This document shows, piece after piece, positions 19,173 through 29,618 of a stretch of 64,000 nucleotides of DNA. Location of the stretch: IMG/VR virus record IMGVR_UViG_3300024259_001623; one strand, given 5' to 3'. Below the pieces are notes generated by a model. The model saw nothing but the letters and a program-made list of their open reading frames with translations, made no database searches and had not been told where the DNA came from. Positions within the stretch are counted from its first letter, which is position 1, and every line of letters starts with the position of its first letter. The position numbers and the translations under genes were made by a program. The DNA comes from a virus (Duplodnaviria; Caudoviricetes).

Positions 19173-19988
19173 TTACCAAATCACTTTCTTTTTGGCAATC
19201 TTCATTTTAATGCTTTTGCGGAACCTTTTTACCTTCCAGTCCAGACCATGAGCAACAATCGCAACGTCTTTGTCAGACGCATTAGAATCGCCGCTACAGA
19301 GTTTACATTTCTCGCAAATCGTCTTCCTGCCGCCCTCTACTGACGCAGGACAAACTATTTCATTCTTTTGTAGTGGATCATCTTTATCCAAACGAATGCG
19401 GAAACAACGCCAACCCCTAGCTTTCGCACGATGATATTCAGCCAAAGTATCAACTGACGCCATACAAAACCGCTTTAAGTCTGCGTCACAAAAGCTCTTT
19501 GCCCAATGATGAGTGTAGCCAGTCCAGCCTGCTGCGTTCCTAGTAATGGCTTCCCATACTTCCATAGGAACTGCGGAAGGATCACCGTAAGAACCCATTC
19601 TGACCACACTTTCATGGAACAGACGGACATTAACAGTGTTAGGAAATTCATACTTGCGATTTTTCCAAGCATTCCAAATATTATTCGGAGCATGGAAAGC
19701 CCTGGTATAACATGTTCCCCAACCGCCATTTGCAACAGAACTATGTTTACAATCGCCACAGACAGAACAGTCCTGACCCTTCATATATGCATCAAGGGGG
19801 CTTTTTCGAGCCGGCAATATCCAAGTCTGAATTTCGTCGCCAGTCTTTTCATTGTCGCTACCATTAAAACCAGTACTAATAACAACAATCTCTTTATTAT
19901 CGATAAGGCTAGGACCCCGATACAAAACAACACCCTGCGTAAGTTTTACTCGCGGATTCGCAATCGAATACATACTAAAGCCTTTCAA
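19173..19988 (-). CDS. conserved phage Cys-rich protein (radical-SAM-like / gp88-like)
   Basis: CSVCGDC, CYT, RMGSYGDP, GYTH and CPAS..C..C.LC motifs. Confidence 0.55.
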   Translation of the reverse strand: MKGFSMYSIANPRVKLTQGVVLYRGPSLIDNKEIVVISTGFNGSDNEKTGDEIQTWILPARKSPLDAYMKGQDCSVCGDCKHSSVANGGWGTCYTRAFHAPNNIWNAWKNRKYEFPNTVNVRLFHESVVRMGSYGDPSAVPMEVWEAITRNAAGWTGYTHHWAKSFCDADLKRFCMASVDTLAEYHRAKARGWRCFRIRLDKDDPLQKNEIVCPASVEGGRKTICEKCKLCSGDSNASDKDVAIVAHGLDWKVKRFRKSIKMKIAKKKVIW

Positions 19989-20356
19989 TAAAAGAGTTTA
20001 CGCCGAAGTTTACTGACGACTCCCCCACACTTTTTCGCTCCCATTTTCAGGGAGAAATTACATTTTGACTAGGGGAAGTTATTAATTGCACTGTACTAGA
20101 TTTAATAAAATTAACTTACTTCTTATTGTCATAACTCTAATTATCTTGTAACTACAGTTATGATAACAAGTTATGAATGCTAAGTCCTAAAGCTGTTTTT
20201 TATGTTAAGACTTAATATATTGATTGTATAACATCTCTTTCGCAAAATTTTATTTACTTAGAATTATAAACCGTTATAGAATAAGTAGTTACAAAATCAT
20301 TTTTGCACTTATTTAACTGCTACTAATCTATAAATTATAACGAAGTTAATATACTT

Positions 20357-21448
20357 TTATATGGTACAGTACAAAACTTCTGCTAACTTCTTAACTACTA
20401 CCGGATAACTGAATCTTTGTTTCACGTAAGTGTATGCAGCATCAGCCTTTACAGTCATCTCTTCTCTATGAGAAAAAGCATATCTCATCCTTTCTCTGAT
20501 TTGAGACACAGAGATATAGGGCCAGAGAGCATTTTTAAATTGGAAGATGTTGTCTAGACATGGTATTTTATTATAGCCTTCAGGGACCAATAATAATGAA
20601 GTATCCGTATTACCATACTCAACACAACCAGAATGATCTGGGACAATCGTAGGGACTTTTAAGGCCATTGCCTGTAATGCAGGTAATCCAAAACCTTCTC
20701 CTAAACTTGCAGAAATATAACAATCAAAAGATTTTATATAACTCGCTACGTCATCATCATTTATAGTCGAAACATCTATAATAATTTCAGGAAATTCTCC
20801 AATCTTTTTTATAGATCTTTTTATTCTTTTTATAGTATTTTCGACTTGTACTCTGGTTGTATTTGTAGTTTTGATAGTGAGAGAAACATCATCTTGTTTT
20901 GAGAATTCTTCTAAGAAAGCTGTTATCAATTTCTCATAATTTTTTCTTTGCTTCCATGTTCCCATGAACAGAAAATTAAAACTAGTTTTATGTACAACTA
21001 ATTTTAAAACTTCAGGTGTAAAAACATTAAAGTTTATACAGTGAGGTATATAAAAAATAGGAGTTGTGAGCTTTAGTTTTTTAAACTCTCTATAATTAAA
21101 CATGCTCGGTGTTATAATAGCATCATTGCGATTTAAGTAAATACTCCAATTATCCGGAGGACTTGTAGTTTCAAAAGTCGCATAACCTATTGTCCTACCT
21201 ACACTTCTAACTCTTCTCTGCATTTGAGGGATACAATGATAAAGAGCAATACTCGGATTTTTTACACTTTTTTTAATTAGTGATTTATAGAAATCATGCA
21301 GGTCACTATTTATTTTTTTATGAGAACCTAAGTCTAACGCAGTTATATTAACATCATAACCAGCTTCATGAAGTGCTTGTATATTATTTTTTGCTGCTGT
21401 AGCAAAGCCTGTAGCAGATAAAAAACATATATAGTTGATAGGGATCAT
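20357..21448 (-). CDS. GT4 family glycosyltransferase
   Basis: RKNYEKLI, SLGEGFGLPALQAMA. Confidence 0.9.
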   Translation of the reverse strand: MIPINYICFLSATGFATAAKNNIQALHEAGYDVNITALDLGSHKKINSDLHDFYKSLIKKSVKNPSIALYHCIPQMQRRVRSVGRTIGYATFETTSPPDNWSIYLNRNDAIITPSMFNYREFKKLKLTTPIFYIPHCINFNVFTPEVLKLVVHKTSFNFLFMGTWKQRKNYEKLITAFLEEFSKQDDVSLTIKTTNTTRVQVENTIKRIKRSIKKIGEFPEIIIDVSTINDDDVASYIKSFDCYISASLGEGFGLPALQAMALKVPTIVPDHSGCVEYGNTDTSLLLVPEGYNKIPCLDNIFQFKNALWPYISVSQIRERMRYAFSHREEMTVKADAAYTYVKQRFSYPVVVKKLAEVLYCTI

Positions 21449-22098
21449 AACACAGTCATTATCGGATTTTTAGTCAACTCATAATTTTCAGATAACACAC
21501 TAGCATTTATAAATTTTATATCGGCAGATTGATAAACACCAGTTCCCCCATGTATATGTCCAAATACATGTAGCTTTGGCTGTATTTCATACATTCTACT
21601 CAAAAGTATAGGACAACCAGCCAACGATCCATCCCAATGTACATAATCTCCATATCCTTTTGGTGGGCCATGAGTAATTACAATATCAGTGTCTAGTGGA
21701 ATAGTTTGATATAAAAGTGCTGCTCTAGTTTTACCAGCATTACCTGTGGGAAAATTAAATGCCCAATTATACCCAAAATGTGGACTCCAGGGACTTCCCC
21801 ATATTTTAATTCCATCAATCTCTACACTATCATTATAAAGATAGTGCCACGAAAGCTCAATAGTCCATTTTTTTGCATACTGGAAAACAAAATCGTGGTT
21901 ACCTGCAATCCCTACTATATTTTTAGCAGGCACAGAAGAAAGCCAACTGGCGAAATGATCTTTCAACCAGTTGGCTTGCCACGCTGCTTCGTGATTCGTA
22001 GTAGGGCAGATATCTCCCGCAATGATTAACAAGTCACATTCAGGGACCTGTACCTCATCCATCTGTCCATGCATATCAGATATACATGCAATTATCAT
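21445..22098 (-). CDS. calcineurin-like metallophosphoesterase
   Basis: SDMH, AGD, GNHD, THGPP and FGHIH motifs. Confidence 0.92.
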   Translation of the reverse strand: MIIACISDMHGQMDEVQVPECDLLIIAGDICPTTNHEAAWQANWLKDHFASWLSSVPAKNIVGIAGNHDFVFQYAKKWTIELSWHYLYNDSVEIDGIKIWGSPWSPHFGYNWAFNFPTGNAGKTRAALLYQTIPLDTDIVITHGPPKGYGDYVHWDGSLAGCPILLSRMYEIQPKLHVFGHIHGGTGVYQSADIKFINASVLSENYELTKNPIMTVL

Positions 22099-22106
22099 AT
22101 ATTTAC

Positions 22107-23234
22107 TTATCTCTCATCAGCAAGGTAGATAGGACTACGCTGCTTGATGATTAAACGACGCCCCTTAATATACTCTTCTTCCAGTGGCTTGATAACAATG
22201 CCTTCTCTGCGAACATCCGGATAAAGCATAGAATACCCATTAGAGGCTTGCTGTATCGTTACACCCTTCGGGAACAGATCAGTCTCGTGAGGATTCTTAG
22301 ACAGCAACCAATCTTCTAATGTTATATTATAGCCAAGAGTAGGAACAAGTATCAATCCTGCCTTCTTGCCAAACACCTTATTAATGTAATCAATAAAGAT
22401 CGGTGTATTAACCCAAAGACCATTGATTTTAAGGTCAAACAGTCTCACCGTATTCTCTGGGAATTTATAGATATTTTTTTGGACTTTCGGACCAAGCATC
22501 TCTCCATAAACAGTAACGCTTTTGCCTGGATGTTCATCGGCAATTGCATTAGCAAAATCCAAAATACCTTCTCTAATAGCTACTTGCCACCAAGGATTAG
22601 TAGACTTATCCTCAGTTTCAATAGTATGTCTACGAGAGTTAACGTACTCAGTTCTATCAACTCCAATAGTGACAGAGAAATTAGACCCTTCTACTTTCTC
22701 AGAAATCCAGCAAGGTCTAGTCATTAGTGCTTCCACTAGATGCTTATACCTTTCTGCACCTTCAATATCATAGATAGTAAGATCTTCAGGTAAAGTAGTA
22801 AGTTTAGTCTGATTCCCCCCCATCATGCTAAACTGAACAGGTGGCTCATATTTCTCTACTCCAAAATACTGAGTTAACTGTTCGGTGGTAAAAGGCTCAT
22901 CAATCTCGGTAGGATCAGGCTTCTCAACATCCTCGCCCAGCATATCCAGCTTACCTACAATGCCTTGACTAATCTCATCCCTTAGACGGACAGTTTTGAC
23001 ACGGTTTTTCTTACTGCCGGATAATTTTCCCAGTAATCCCATCTTCTCAGAAACCCAATCAGGAAGCAGAGAATCGATAGGGAAGTAGATAACCTCTTCA
23101 CCGGAAGTATAAACACCTTTAGGAATAACAAATTGAAATTCCATACCATCCAGTTTAGCCAGTTCAAGTCTATCTGCATTAGGATGCGGATATACTTTCT
23201 CTATAGTCTCAATTGTTACTCCGAAAAATGCCAT
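22107..23234 (-). CDS. RNA ligase, DRB0094/Rnl2-like family
   Basis: N-terminal HPNADRLELA OB-like domain; EKVEG motif I, YGE, FD, REGIVIK and IIK. Confidence 0.9.
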   Translation of the reverse strand: MAFFGVTIETIEKVYPHPNADRLELAKLDGMEFQFVIPKGVYTSGEEVIYFPIDSLLPDWVSEKMGLLGKLSGSKKNRVKTVRLRDEISQGIVGKLDMLGEDVEKPDPTEIDEPFTTEQLTQYFGVEKYEPPVQFSMMGGNQTKLTTLPEDLTIYDIEGAERYKHLVEALMTRPCWISEKVEGSNFSVTIGVDRTEYVNSRRHTIETEDKSTNPWWQVAIREGILDFANAIADEHPGKSVTVYGEMLGPKVQKNIYKFPENTVRLFDLKINGLWVNTPIFIDYINKVFGKKAGLILVPTLGYNITLEDWLLSKNPHETDLFPKGVTIQQASNGYSMLYPDVRREGIVIKPLEEEYIKGRRLIIKQRSPIYLADER

Positions 23235-23245
23235 TTTATTATCCT

Positions 23246-23869
23246 TTACTTAGTTTTAGTTGCAGAAACTACCTTATGACTGTGGAAAGAACGATACACT
23301 CCATCCTTCAAAATGAAGATCTCGTTCGATGCTCGTTTATTTCCCGCATTCCAAGTGATTAACAAGGCTCTATCAAGCTTTACACTAACGCCAGTTCCCT
23401 TATGAATACCGTTCAAAATACTTTTACCATCGGGTTGAATCTCAATTGTTCCATAAGTGAACTTATAAACGCCTTCCCACTTATGAGCTACACTTGTCGG
23501 AGGCAGAACAGGGACCGGCTTAATCTTAGGTGTTGCGGCCGGCGTTGCAGCTTCAATTTCTTTGTTAACCTCGGCCATTCTAAGAACAAGAATCTTAGAC
23601 AACGTTGCATCACCCTTGTCAACAGACTTCTTCAATTCTCCATGAAGTTGTTTAACATAATCCTTCTTAGCCTGCAATACCTTTGCTTGATATTCTTTTT
23701 CGGCCTGCTTCATGGAATTCTTTAGCTGGATATTAGCAAGCATCAAACCAAGATGCTGATAAGTATCCGCAGTAGGAGCCGCAGGTGCAGGCTTTGTTGT
23801 CGGGGTCTCTGCAACAACAGTACTCGTAGTGATAGCAATAAATAAAATCGCTAAAAATAACTTCTTCAT
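23246..23869 (-). CDS. secreted protein
   Basis: Signal peptide MKKLFLAILFIAIT..VVA and Pro/Ala linkers. Confidence 0.7.
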   Translation of the reverse strand: MKKLFLAILFIAITTSTVVAETPTTKPAPAAPTADTYQHLGLMLANIQLKNSMKQAEKEYQAKVLQAKKDYVKQLHGELKKSVDKGDATLSKILVLRMAEVNKEIEAATPAATPKIKPVPVLPPTSVAHKWEGVYKFTYGTIEIQPDGKSILNGIHKGTGVSVKLDRALLITWNAGNKRASNEIFILKDGVYRSFHSHKVVSATKTK

Positions 23870-23956
23870 TTTAAATCTCCTTTTCTTATAAGTACATGAG
23901 AGAACCTGGGATGATCACCCAGGTCAGTCTCATGCTTCAGTAACGATGTTTGTTAC

Positions 23957-24421
23957 TTACACAGTCGCGGCGGGGTCAGTTACAGTATCAGTTTCGGTGA
24001 CTGTTACTGTAACTTCGTTTTCTGGTTCATCACCGGCTTCTGCTTCCGATTCGGCTTCCGAATCTTCGACAACCGTAGCAACTACAGTTTCATCTACAGC
24101 ATTACCATCTGCATCAAAAACCTTAGTCCAATGACCAGCGTATTCGCCTTCAGTCAGCTTGGTAAAACCAGGCTTTGGCCGACCTCGGCCCTTTGCCAAA
24201 CGGGAAACCAAATTCCCATCGGCATCCTTCAACTCGACAGCGATTTCGCCATCAGGCCCAAAGGTAATATACTCAGGGGTAAAGCGAACAGCGTCAGCAA
24301 CGGGGCTAACAATAAAATCGCCATTGTCTTGCTTCACGGCGCCACGCGGGGGACGACCCTTACCCTTGACCTTACGACTCAGTTCGTTTCCTTCTGCATC
24401 AACATAAATCAGTTCAGCCAT
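23957..24421 (-). CDS. AT-hook DNA-binding protein with an acidic tail
   Basis: KGKGRPPRG and KGRGRPKPG in duplicated modules; E/D-rich C-terminus. Confidence 0.65.
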   Translation of the reverse strand: MAELIYVDAEGNELSRKVKGKGRPPRGAVKQDNGDFIVSPVADAVRFTPEYITFGPDGEIAVELKDADGNLVSRLAKGRGRPKPGFTKLTEGEYAGHWTKVFDADGNAVDETVVATVVEDSEAESEAEAGDEPENEVTVTVTETDTVTDPAATV

Positions 24422-24479
24422 TGCTACATCTCCTTAAAAAGTTTAAATTTGCTTTCTACTATATTCTAGCATAAAATCG

Positions 24480-25328
24480 CTAAAATGCAACACAATAATC
24501 TGTTTTTTCGAGGAATTTTTTCAATTTACGTAAACCGTTTTCCTCATGGTGTTTAGCCCACGGCCTGCTTACTCCAAGCTCTTTACCAACATCAGAATAA
24601 GTGGGTTTCTTTCCATCAAAAAAGTATCTCATTTCAACAGCGACTCTTTCTTGGTAAGTTAGTCCAGCAGAATTATCTTTTAATGCTGTTCTAATAACAT
24701 CTATTAACTTACTATAATCGGTGGATAGATCTTCTACATCTTCTCCATCTTCAGTGTCATAAGAGACAGGGAACTTTTCTTCTCTCTCTTGTTTCTTCTT
24801 AATTTCTCCGGCAAAAGTTTTTATAATAGACCAAGTTGCATAAGTCGAAAACTTATTGCCTCTAGAAATATCGAATGTCTTAATAGCTCTCAGTAATGCT
24901 TCATTACCGACAGATACCATATCTTCATAATCTAAACCACTCTTCAAAAATCTCTTTGTTGTATTTATGACTAGTGCTAGATTATATTCTACTAACTTCT
25001 TTTGCATTGCTAATACAACTTTATACCAATGCATTATCTCTTGTTTAGCTGTATCCGTGAGTCCATCAGGATATGACTCTTTTACCTGAGAAATTCTTTT
25101 TCGCGCTAAATTATAACGCAAAAATACATTCCGTTCTTCTTCCCGACTTAATACAACAATATTTTTAGACGTTCTAACAGGAAGATCACAATTGAAAAAC
25201 CAAGATACATCCACATCCTCTGGAAGGTCTTGGTTCTCAATGCGTTCAGAAATTGTAGAATCCTCAAAATCAGGATGGTCTACGTATCTATTCTGTTCTA
25301 AAATATTCTTTAAGTCTTCTAGTTCCAT
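24480..25328 (-). CDS. sigma-70 family RNA polymerase sigma factor
   Basis: Region 2 (LVEYNLALV, EDMVSVGNEALLRAIKTFD..RGNKFSTYATW) and a region 4 HTH. Confidence 0.92.
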   Translation of the reverse strand: MELEDLKNILEQNRYVDHPDFEDSTISERIENQDLPEDVDVSWFFNCDLPVRTSKNIVVLSREEERNVFLRYNLARKRISQVKESYPDGLTDTAKQEIMHWYKVVLAMQKKLVEYNLALVINTTKRFLKSGLDYEDMVSVGNEALLRAIKTFDISRGNKFSTYATWSIIKTFAGEIKKKQEREEKFPVSYDTEDGEDVEDLSTDYSKLIDVIRTALKDNSAGLTYQERVAVEMRYFFDGKKPTYSDVGKELGVSRPWAKHHEENGLRKLKKFLEKTDYCVAF

Positions 25329-26491
25329 TACTTCTCTTCTTCAAAACGATTCATAGCAGTAGAAGGCTCAAAACCTTCCAATACATTGCCAGTAGGTCTA
25401 AACAATTCGAACAAACTATTACGAAGTTTAGACTTAGACCCAGTTCGTATAGTCTCTAAAAAATCTCGTTTTCTACAGGGAAAAACGAATCTTTTAACCC
25501 TTGGGTCGATAGTATTGTTTGGATTCTGCAAATACATTCCTAACTCTTTATCACCCAACTCTTTAGTAGATAGATAAACCTCTTCTACCTCAGTTAAAAG
25601 ATCGTCCAGCTTCCCATTCAGTATAGATTCTATAGCATCAAAATCTTTACGAAATTCCTCTGGCAAATCTTTTTTCGCATTTTCAAGATCATCTAAGTTT
25701 CTCATCATGTCCCAGATAACCAATGGAGTGCAATTAGAAACTAAGCGATGCAACCTGCAATACTCATCACCCTTGATCTTGATACGATAACCATTAGTAA
25801 ACCGTACAACGAAACCCTCTTCATTATACGACAACGTTTTGCAAACTCCCAACATATCATCCAAAGAATCAAAATGAGCAGTTTCAGTCAAACCCATTCC
25901 AGTCTCTCTACTGGTGGCTTCCAATATCTCTCTTTGCAATTCATGACCAGTATCTACAAAGTACCCCCCCAGTAAAACTAATCCCTCAAAATCATAAGTT
26001 ACAACAATGCGATTCTGAGTATAGATTATTTCCACTAAATAAGTAGCATTCTCATGCATATAATCAAGCATGTAGCTCTGTAAATTCTTCTCAGCCCAAA
26101 CAGCTTGATCAGAAGCAAAAGAACCACGAGTAGCTACATTCCATTTTCCATTCCAAAAATAAACGATCCCTAAAGATCCATCCATCTTCAAAGTAGTAGA
26201 AAAACCCAAATCAGGTAGGTCTTCTTCTACCTCTCCATAATTGAAGAACTTGGGAAAAGGAGCAGCGACTACCTTCTTTTGAGAAGGGCAAAGGATTAAA
26301 CCTCTGGCCACAAGAGTAAAAATGTTCCAATGCTTATCATAAGTAGCAGTAGCACTATAATTGAAAAGCTCTAAATCATCTTTAGTTTGAACGTTGATGT
26401 ATCCAGCCTCTACCTCTTCCTGAAGACCTTTATACAAGTCATCGAACGGAAGAGTTAAAGCAGGATGTATGTGATATTCTATTTTTTCCAT
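25328..26491 (-). CDS. T4 Rnl1-like RNA ligase
   Basis: ARGLI, FPKFFN, KMDGS, TRGSF, EII, EGFVV and KIKG..Y. Confidence 0.92.
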   Translation of the reverse strand: MEKIEYHIHPALTLPFDDLYKGLQEEVEAGYINVQTKDDLELFNYSATATYDKHWNIFTLVARGLILCPSQKKVVAAPFPKFFNYGEVEEDLPDLGFSTTLKMDGSLGIVYFWNGKWNVATRGSFASDQAVWAEKNLQSYMLDYMHENATYLVEIIYTQNRIVVTYDFEGLVLLGGYFVDTGHELQREILEATSRETGMGLTETAHFDSLDDMLGVCKTLSYNEEGFVVRFTNGYRIKIKGDEYCRLHRLVSNCTPLVIWDMMRNLDDLENAKKDLPEEFRKDFDAIESILNGKLDDLLTEVEEVYLSTKELGDKELGMYLQNPNNTIDPRVKRFVFPCRKRDFLETIRTGSKSKLRNSLFELFRPTGNVLEGFEPSTAMNRFEEEK

Positions 26492-26535
26492 GAGTTTTTG
26501 CCCTTTCAGACAAGCTCACAATTTTCCAGCTATTT

Positions 26536-27588
26536 TCAGGGAGATTTTCCCATCATTTCTTCTATATAATTATCTTCTTCTAAAGACTCTTTGCGCAAGG
26601 AGTTAATAAATTCCGCGCAGAAAAGATTAAACCCCACTTGTCTTTCATGAAGATCAGGATCAAAGCCCTGTCCTCTAGTCTGTAAAGGCAACCAAGTCTT
26701 CCCAATCACATAAGTCATTGCCATAGAAACAGATGCAAGCTCACATAATGAATCCCTGAATGAAGTCCATCTAATATCATTAGTATCAACGCCATCAGAA
26801 ATGGCTTTATAGATAGGCTCATAGTACAACTTAGACCATAATGTTATATTATACCTTTTATCCTCATTAAAACCTAAAAACCGATTATGTACCTCTTCTG
26901 AGTCACTGGCGGGCGTTAAATCTAATGCTGCATTAATCGCTATAACAGTATGAGAAGCAGGCCAATGAATATCACTCATTGTAAATCTTGCACGTTCATT
27001 ATCCTCAATCGCTGCAAAATTCTTTTTCGCCCAATTATACCAACAATCAGCATGAGATTTAATATTGTCAAAATATGAAATTTCAGAATGCCAATCCAAA
27101 ACCTTCAATGACAATAAACCAATCGCTTTTTGATAAACATCTTCATGTACCAAACAATACATGAGTTGTTGCCAATCCTGCTCGAAATGAGGACTCTTCC
27201 CAAAAACACTTATGTCAATCCGAAAATCCATCTCATACCCAATGATCTTCAACCATCTAAGAAGACCATTACCATACTCTTTGTATCTCCCTTCCGGAAA
27301 ATCCTTACCAAGATCGATTCTTCCCTCTTTCTGAAGTCGCTCAAAAAATGACAACAAATGTGTAGACATCGGATCTTCTTCGTCTACGTCTATGCAACCA
27401 TAATCATCATATTCACCTTTTATTGCAACAGAAAAAGGTTGAAAAAGATCATCTGATTTGATAATACTATCTTGCACAGGATGACCACATCTCCCCTTAA
27501 TGTCTGGAAGCAAAAGAACTAAACGTACCTTGTCTCCACACAGAATAGGTAAATTGGACAAATTGCAACATGCATTATAACATCCCAT
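26536..27588 (-). CDS. hypothetical phage protein
   Basis: Probable start MGCYNACC, coupled (TAATG) to the upstream ORF. Confidence 0.65.
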   Translation of the reverse strand: MGCYNACCNLSNLPILCGDKVRLVLLLPDIKGRCGHPVQDSIIKSDDLFQPFSVAIKGEYDDYGCIDVDEEDPMSTHLLSFFERLQKEGRIDLGKDFPEGRYKEYGNGLLRWLKIIGYEMDFRIDISVFGKSPHFEQDWQQLMYCLVHEDVYQKAIGLLSLKVLDWHSEISYFDNIKSHADCWYNWAKKNFAAIEDNERARFTMSDIHWPASHTVIAINAALDLTPASDSEEVHNRFLGFNEDKRYNITLWSKLYYEPIYKAISDGVDTNDIRWTSFRDSLCELASVSMAMTYVIGKTWLPLQTRGQGFDPDLHERQVGFNLFCAEFINSLRKESLEEDNYIEEMMGKSP

Positions 27589-28181
27589 TATTCCGCTTCT
27601 CCATAAAGGTCTTTGACTAGAGCGATATCTATATCCCAATCGTTTGCTTCGACATTCGAAACCAACCTGTCGAAAAACTTTTTTATCCTTGTCTTGCAAA
27701 AAGGTTCTTTTTCAATTAACAGCCTAAATGCAAGCACAGCAATGTTTTCTATCTCTAAAGCTTTTGCCCAATATTCTGTATATTCATCAAAATCATACCC
27801 AGAAGCAGCAAATGCAATAATTTGAACATATTTATCAACGAAATCACCATTAATAGCTCTTTTGAAGTCACTTACGGCTCTCTGCTGAAAACCAGGATAT
27901 GCTGTCATCTCAACAATATGAAAAAGAAGATGAATAGCAGAATCCACTTTCTCCACAGGCATATTCAAACGCTTATCACCAGATAATGCAGGACCAAGCA
28001 GGGATCGGACAGATCCCCACGCCTGAATGATAATCTTTAACTGCTCATCTGATGTATCTTCATCTTCCAAAAGATTACAAATCTTATCTTCTGGATATTC
28101 ATCAATATGACCACAAGCTAAAGGTTCGGTGCTACAGCCCATTATTCGGTCTACCACCTGCCTGTATGTTATCTCTTCCAT
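27588..28181 (-). CDS. hypothetical protein
   Basis: 197-aa ORF. Confidence 0.65.
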   Translation of the reverse strand: MEEITYRQVVDRIMGCSTEPLACGHIDEYPEDKICNLLEDEDTSDEQLKIIIQAWGSVRSLLGPALSGDKRLNMPVEKVDSAIHLLFHIVEMTAYPGFQQRAVSDFKRAINGDFVDKYVQIIAFAASGYDFDEYTEYWAKALEIENIAVLAFRLLIEKEPFCKTRIKKFFDRLVSNVEANDWDIDIALVKDLYGEAE

Positions 28182-28288
28182 TTTATTATGGCCTCAAATC
28201 CTGAAGTCTACTAATATCTCTTCCTTGAAGCTTTACCTCTCGCGCAAGATTTTGTAATTCTTTAGTCAATGTAAGAACGCATTGGATC

Positions 28289-28372
28289 ATTGTTTTCGGG
28301 CTACCGCCCTACTCTCGGACTTAAACCGACAATCGTATGTCTACGTGCGTCTACCAATTCCGCCACCCGCCT
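28289..28372 (-). ncRNA. tRNA-Leu-like 5' half fused to a non-tRNA multibranch structure
   Basis: AGGCGGG-TG-GCGGAATTGGTAGACGC D-arm with no matching acceptor 3' strand. Confidence 0.45.
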
Positions 28373-28378
28373 ATATAA

Positions 28379-28451
28379 CACGCCTGACAGGATTCGAACC
28401 TGTAACATTCTGCTTAGAAGGCAGATGCTCTATCCATTGAGCTACAGACGC
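28379..28451 (-). tRNA. tRNA-Arg(UCU)
   Basis: Loop CT TCT AA; canonical arms. Confidence 0.95.
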
Positions 28452-28973
28452 AAATGTCTATTGAATATCGCTCGGGAAAAGATAACTAGCGATACCTATA
28501 ACAACAGCAGCTATAAACATCCCAATATCACCAGTTACGAAAAAACATGACAGAAATACTATTGAAGCTATTAAGCAAGGTAATTTTAACATTATTCTAC
28601 CTTCTTCAATAACTTAATAAAGTTTTTGGTGGTAGGGTTCATCCGGGCAGGCTCAATATCAGCCAAGTCAGAAAGAAGTTCCCCAATCTCTACCTTCAAT
28701 AAAACAAGAGGAACACTAGGCAACTCAGGGTTCTCATTAAGCTGCACAAGATCAATCGTAGTTGTTTCGACAGCACCAGTCCCATGAGTCTTCTCAAGAG
28801 TAATCTTCATCTTTTATTCCTTATCTAATTGACGTTCAACTTCAACTATGCGCTCAACCAAAACTTTATTGTCCTGCTCTAATTCTTCGATTGAGTAACT
28901 TTGCATTAGATTTACAACATGAGCGAGTATTAATGCAATACAAATAAGAGTGATAGCTAAATATCTCATCTTT

Positions 28974-29297
28974 TTAATCCTTAAATTGAGGAATGTCCAA
29001 ATACATTCCATCAAGACTCTCTTTTACAACTACAAACAGTGATCGAGTCATATTACTCGCAATAATCGTCTTGCCTTCAGGGACTTCCTGATGATACCAA
29101 TTCACTCGAAATCGACCTAACCATACTCGTTTATCAATCCCATTAGTCTGTAAGTCTTTAACTAAAAAGAAGTTCTCACAATCCTGCTGCTCGTCTGCTG
29201 CCCATTTCTCTACAAATTCTTTCATCAAATCTTTTTTCTGGGCGTCAACAACAACACTAACTTTCGAGTTCTTTTGGCTCGGTTTTATCTGGGGCAT
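28974..29297 (-). CDS. hypothetical protein
   Basis: ORF tiles with its neighbours. Confidence 0.55.
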   Translation of the reverse strand: MPQIKPSQKNSKVSVVVDAQKKDLMKEFVEKWAADEQQDCENFFLVKDLQTNGIDKRVWLGRFRVNWYHQEVPEGKTIIASNMTRSLFVVVKESLDGMYLDIPQFKD

Positions 29298-29618
29298 TAT
29301 CTATTTCCTTATTTTTAATAAATGAGTCTTCATTCATCTTGTTAAACAAACGATTACGTAAATTACGCTCATTAGCCTGCTGCTGTAATCCTGCACACAA
29401 CTCAGTAAACCTCTCGTCAGAAAGTACAACAGCAGAAACCAATAAACTCTCAACTTCATTCTTCAATAACATATTGTCTCCAAAATGAAAACCACTTATC
29501 AGAAAATATAAGATTTACACACTTTATTGCAAAACCGGAAATGAGTTATATAATATATATACTCTGTATATATATTATATAAAAACTCATGTTCCTTCTT
29601 TAAAATTATGTAAAATTA

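Noticed and set aside
20060-20356. ncRNA in the AT-rich gap downstream of the glycosyltransferase
   Set aside because: Only short, low-complexity inverted repeats, as expected at this AT content.
28289-28372. Trans-spliced tRNA pairing this 5' half with the 3' end at 6644
   Set aside because: The 6644 element has an equally good local 5' strand, and there are no complementary leader or trailer sequences.
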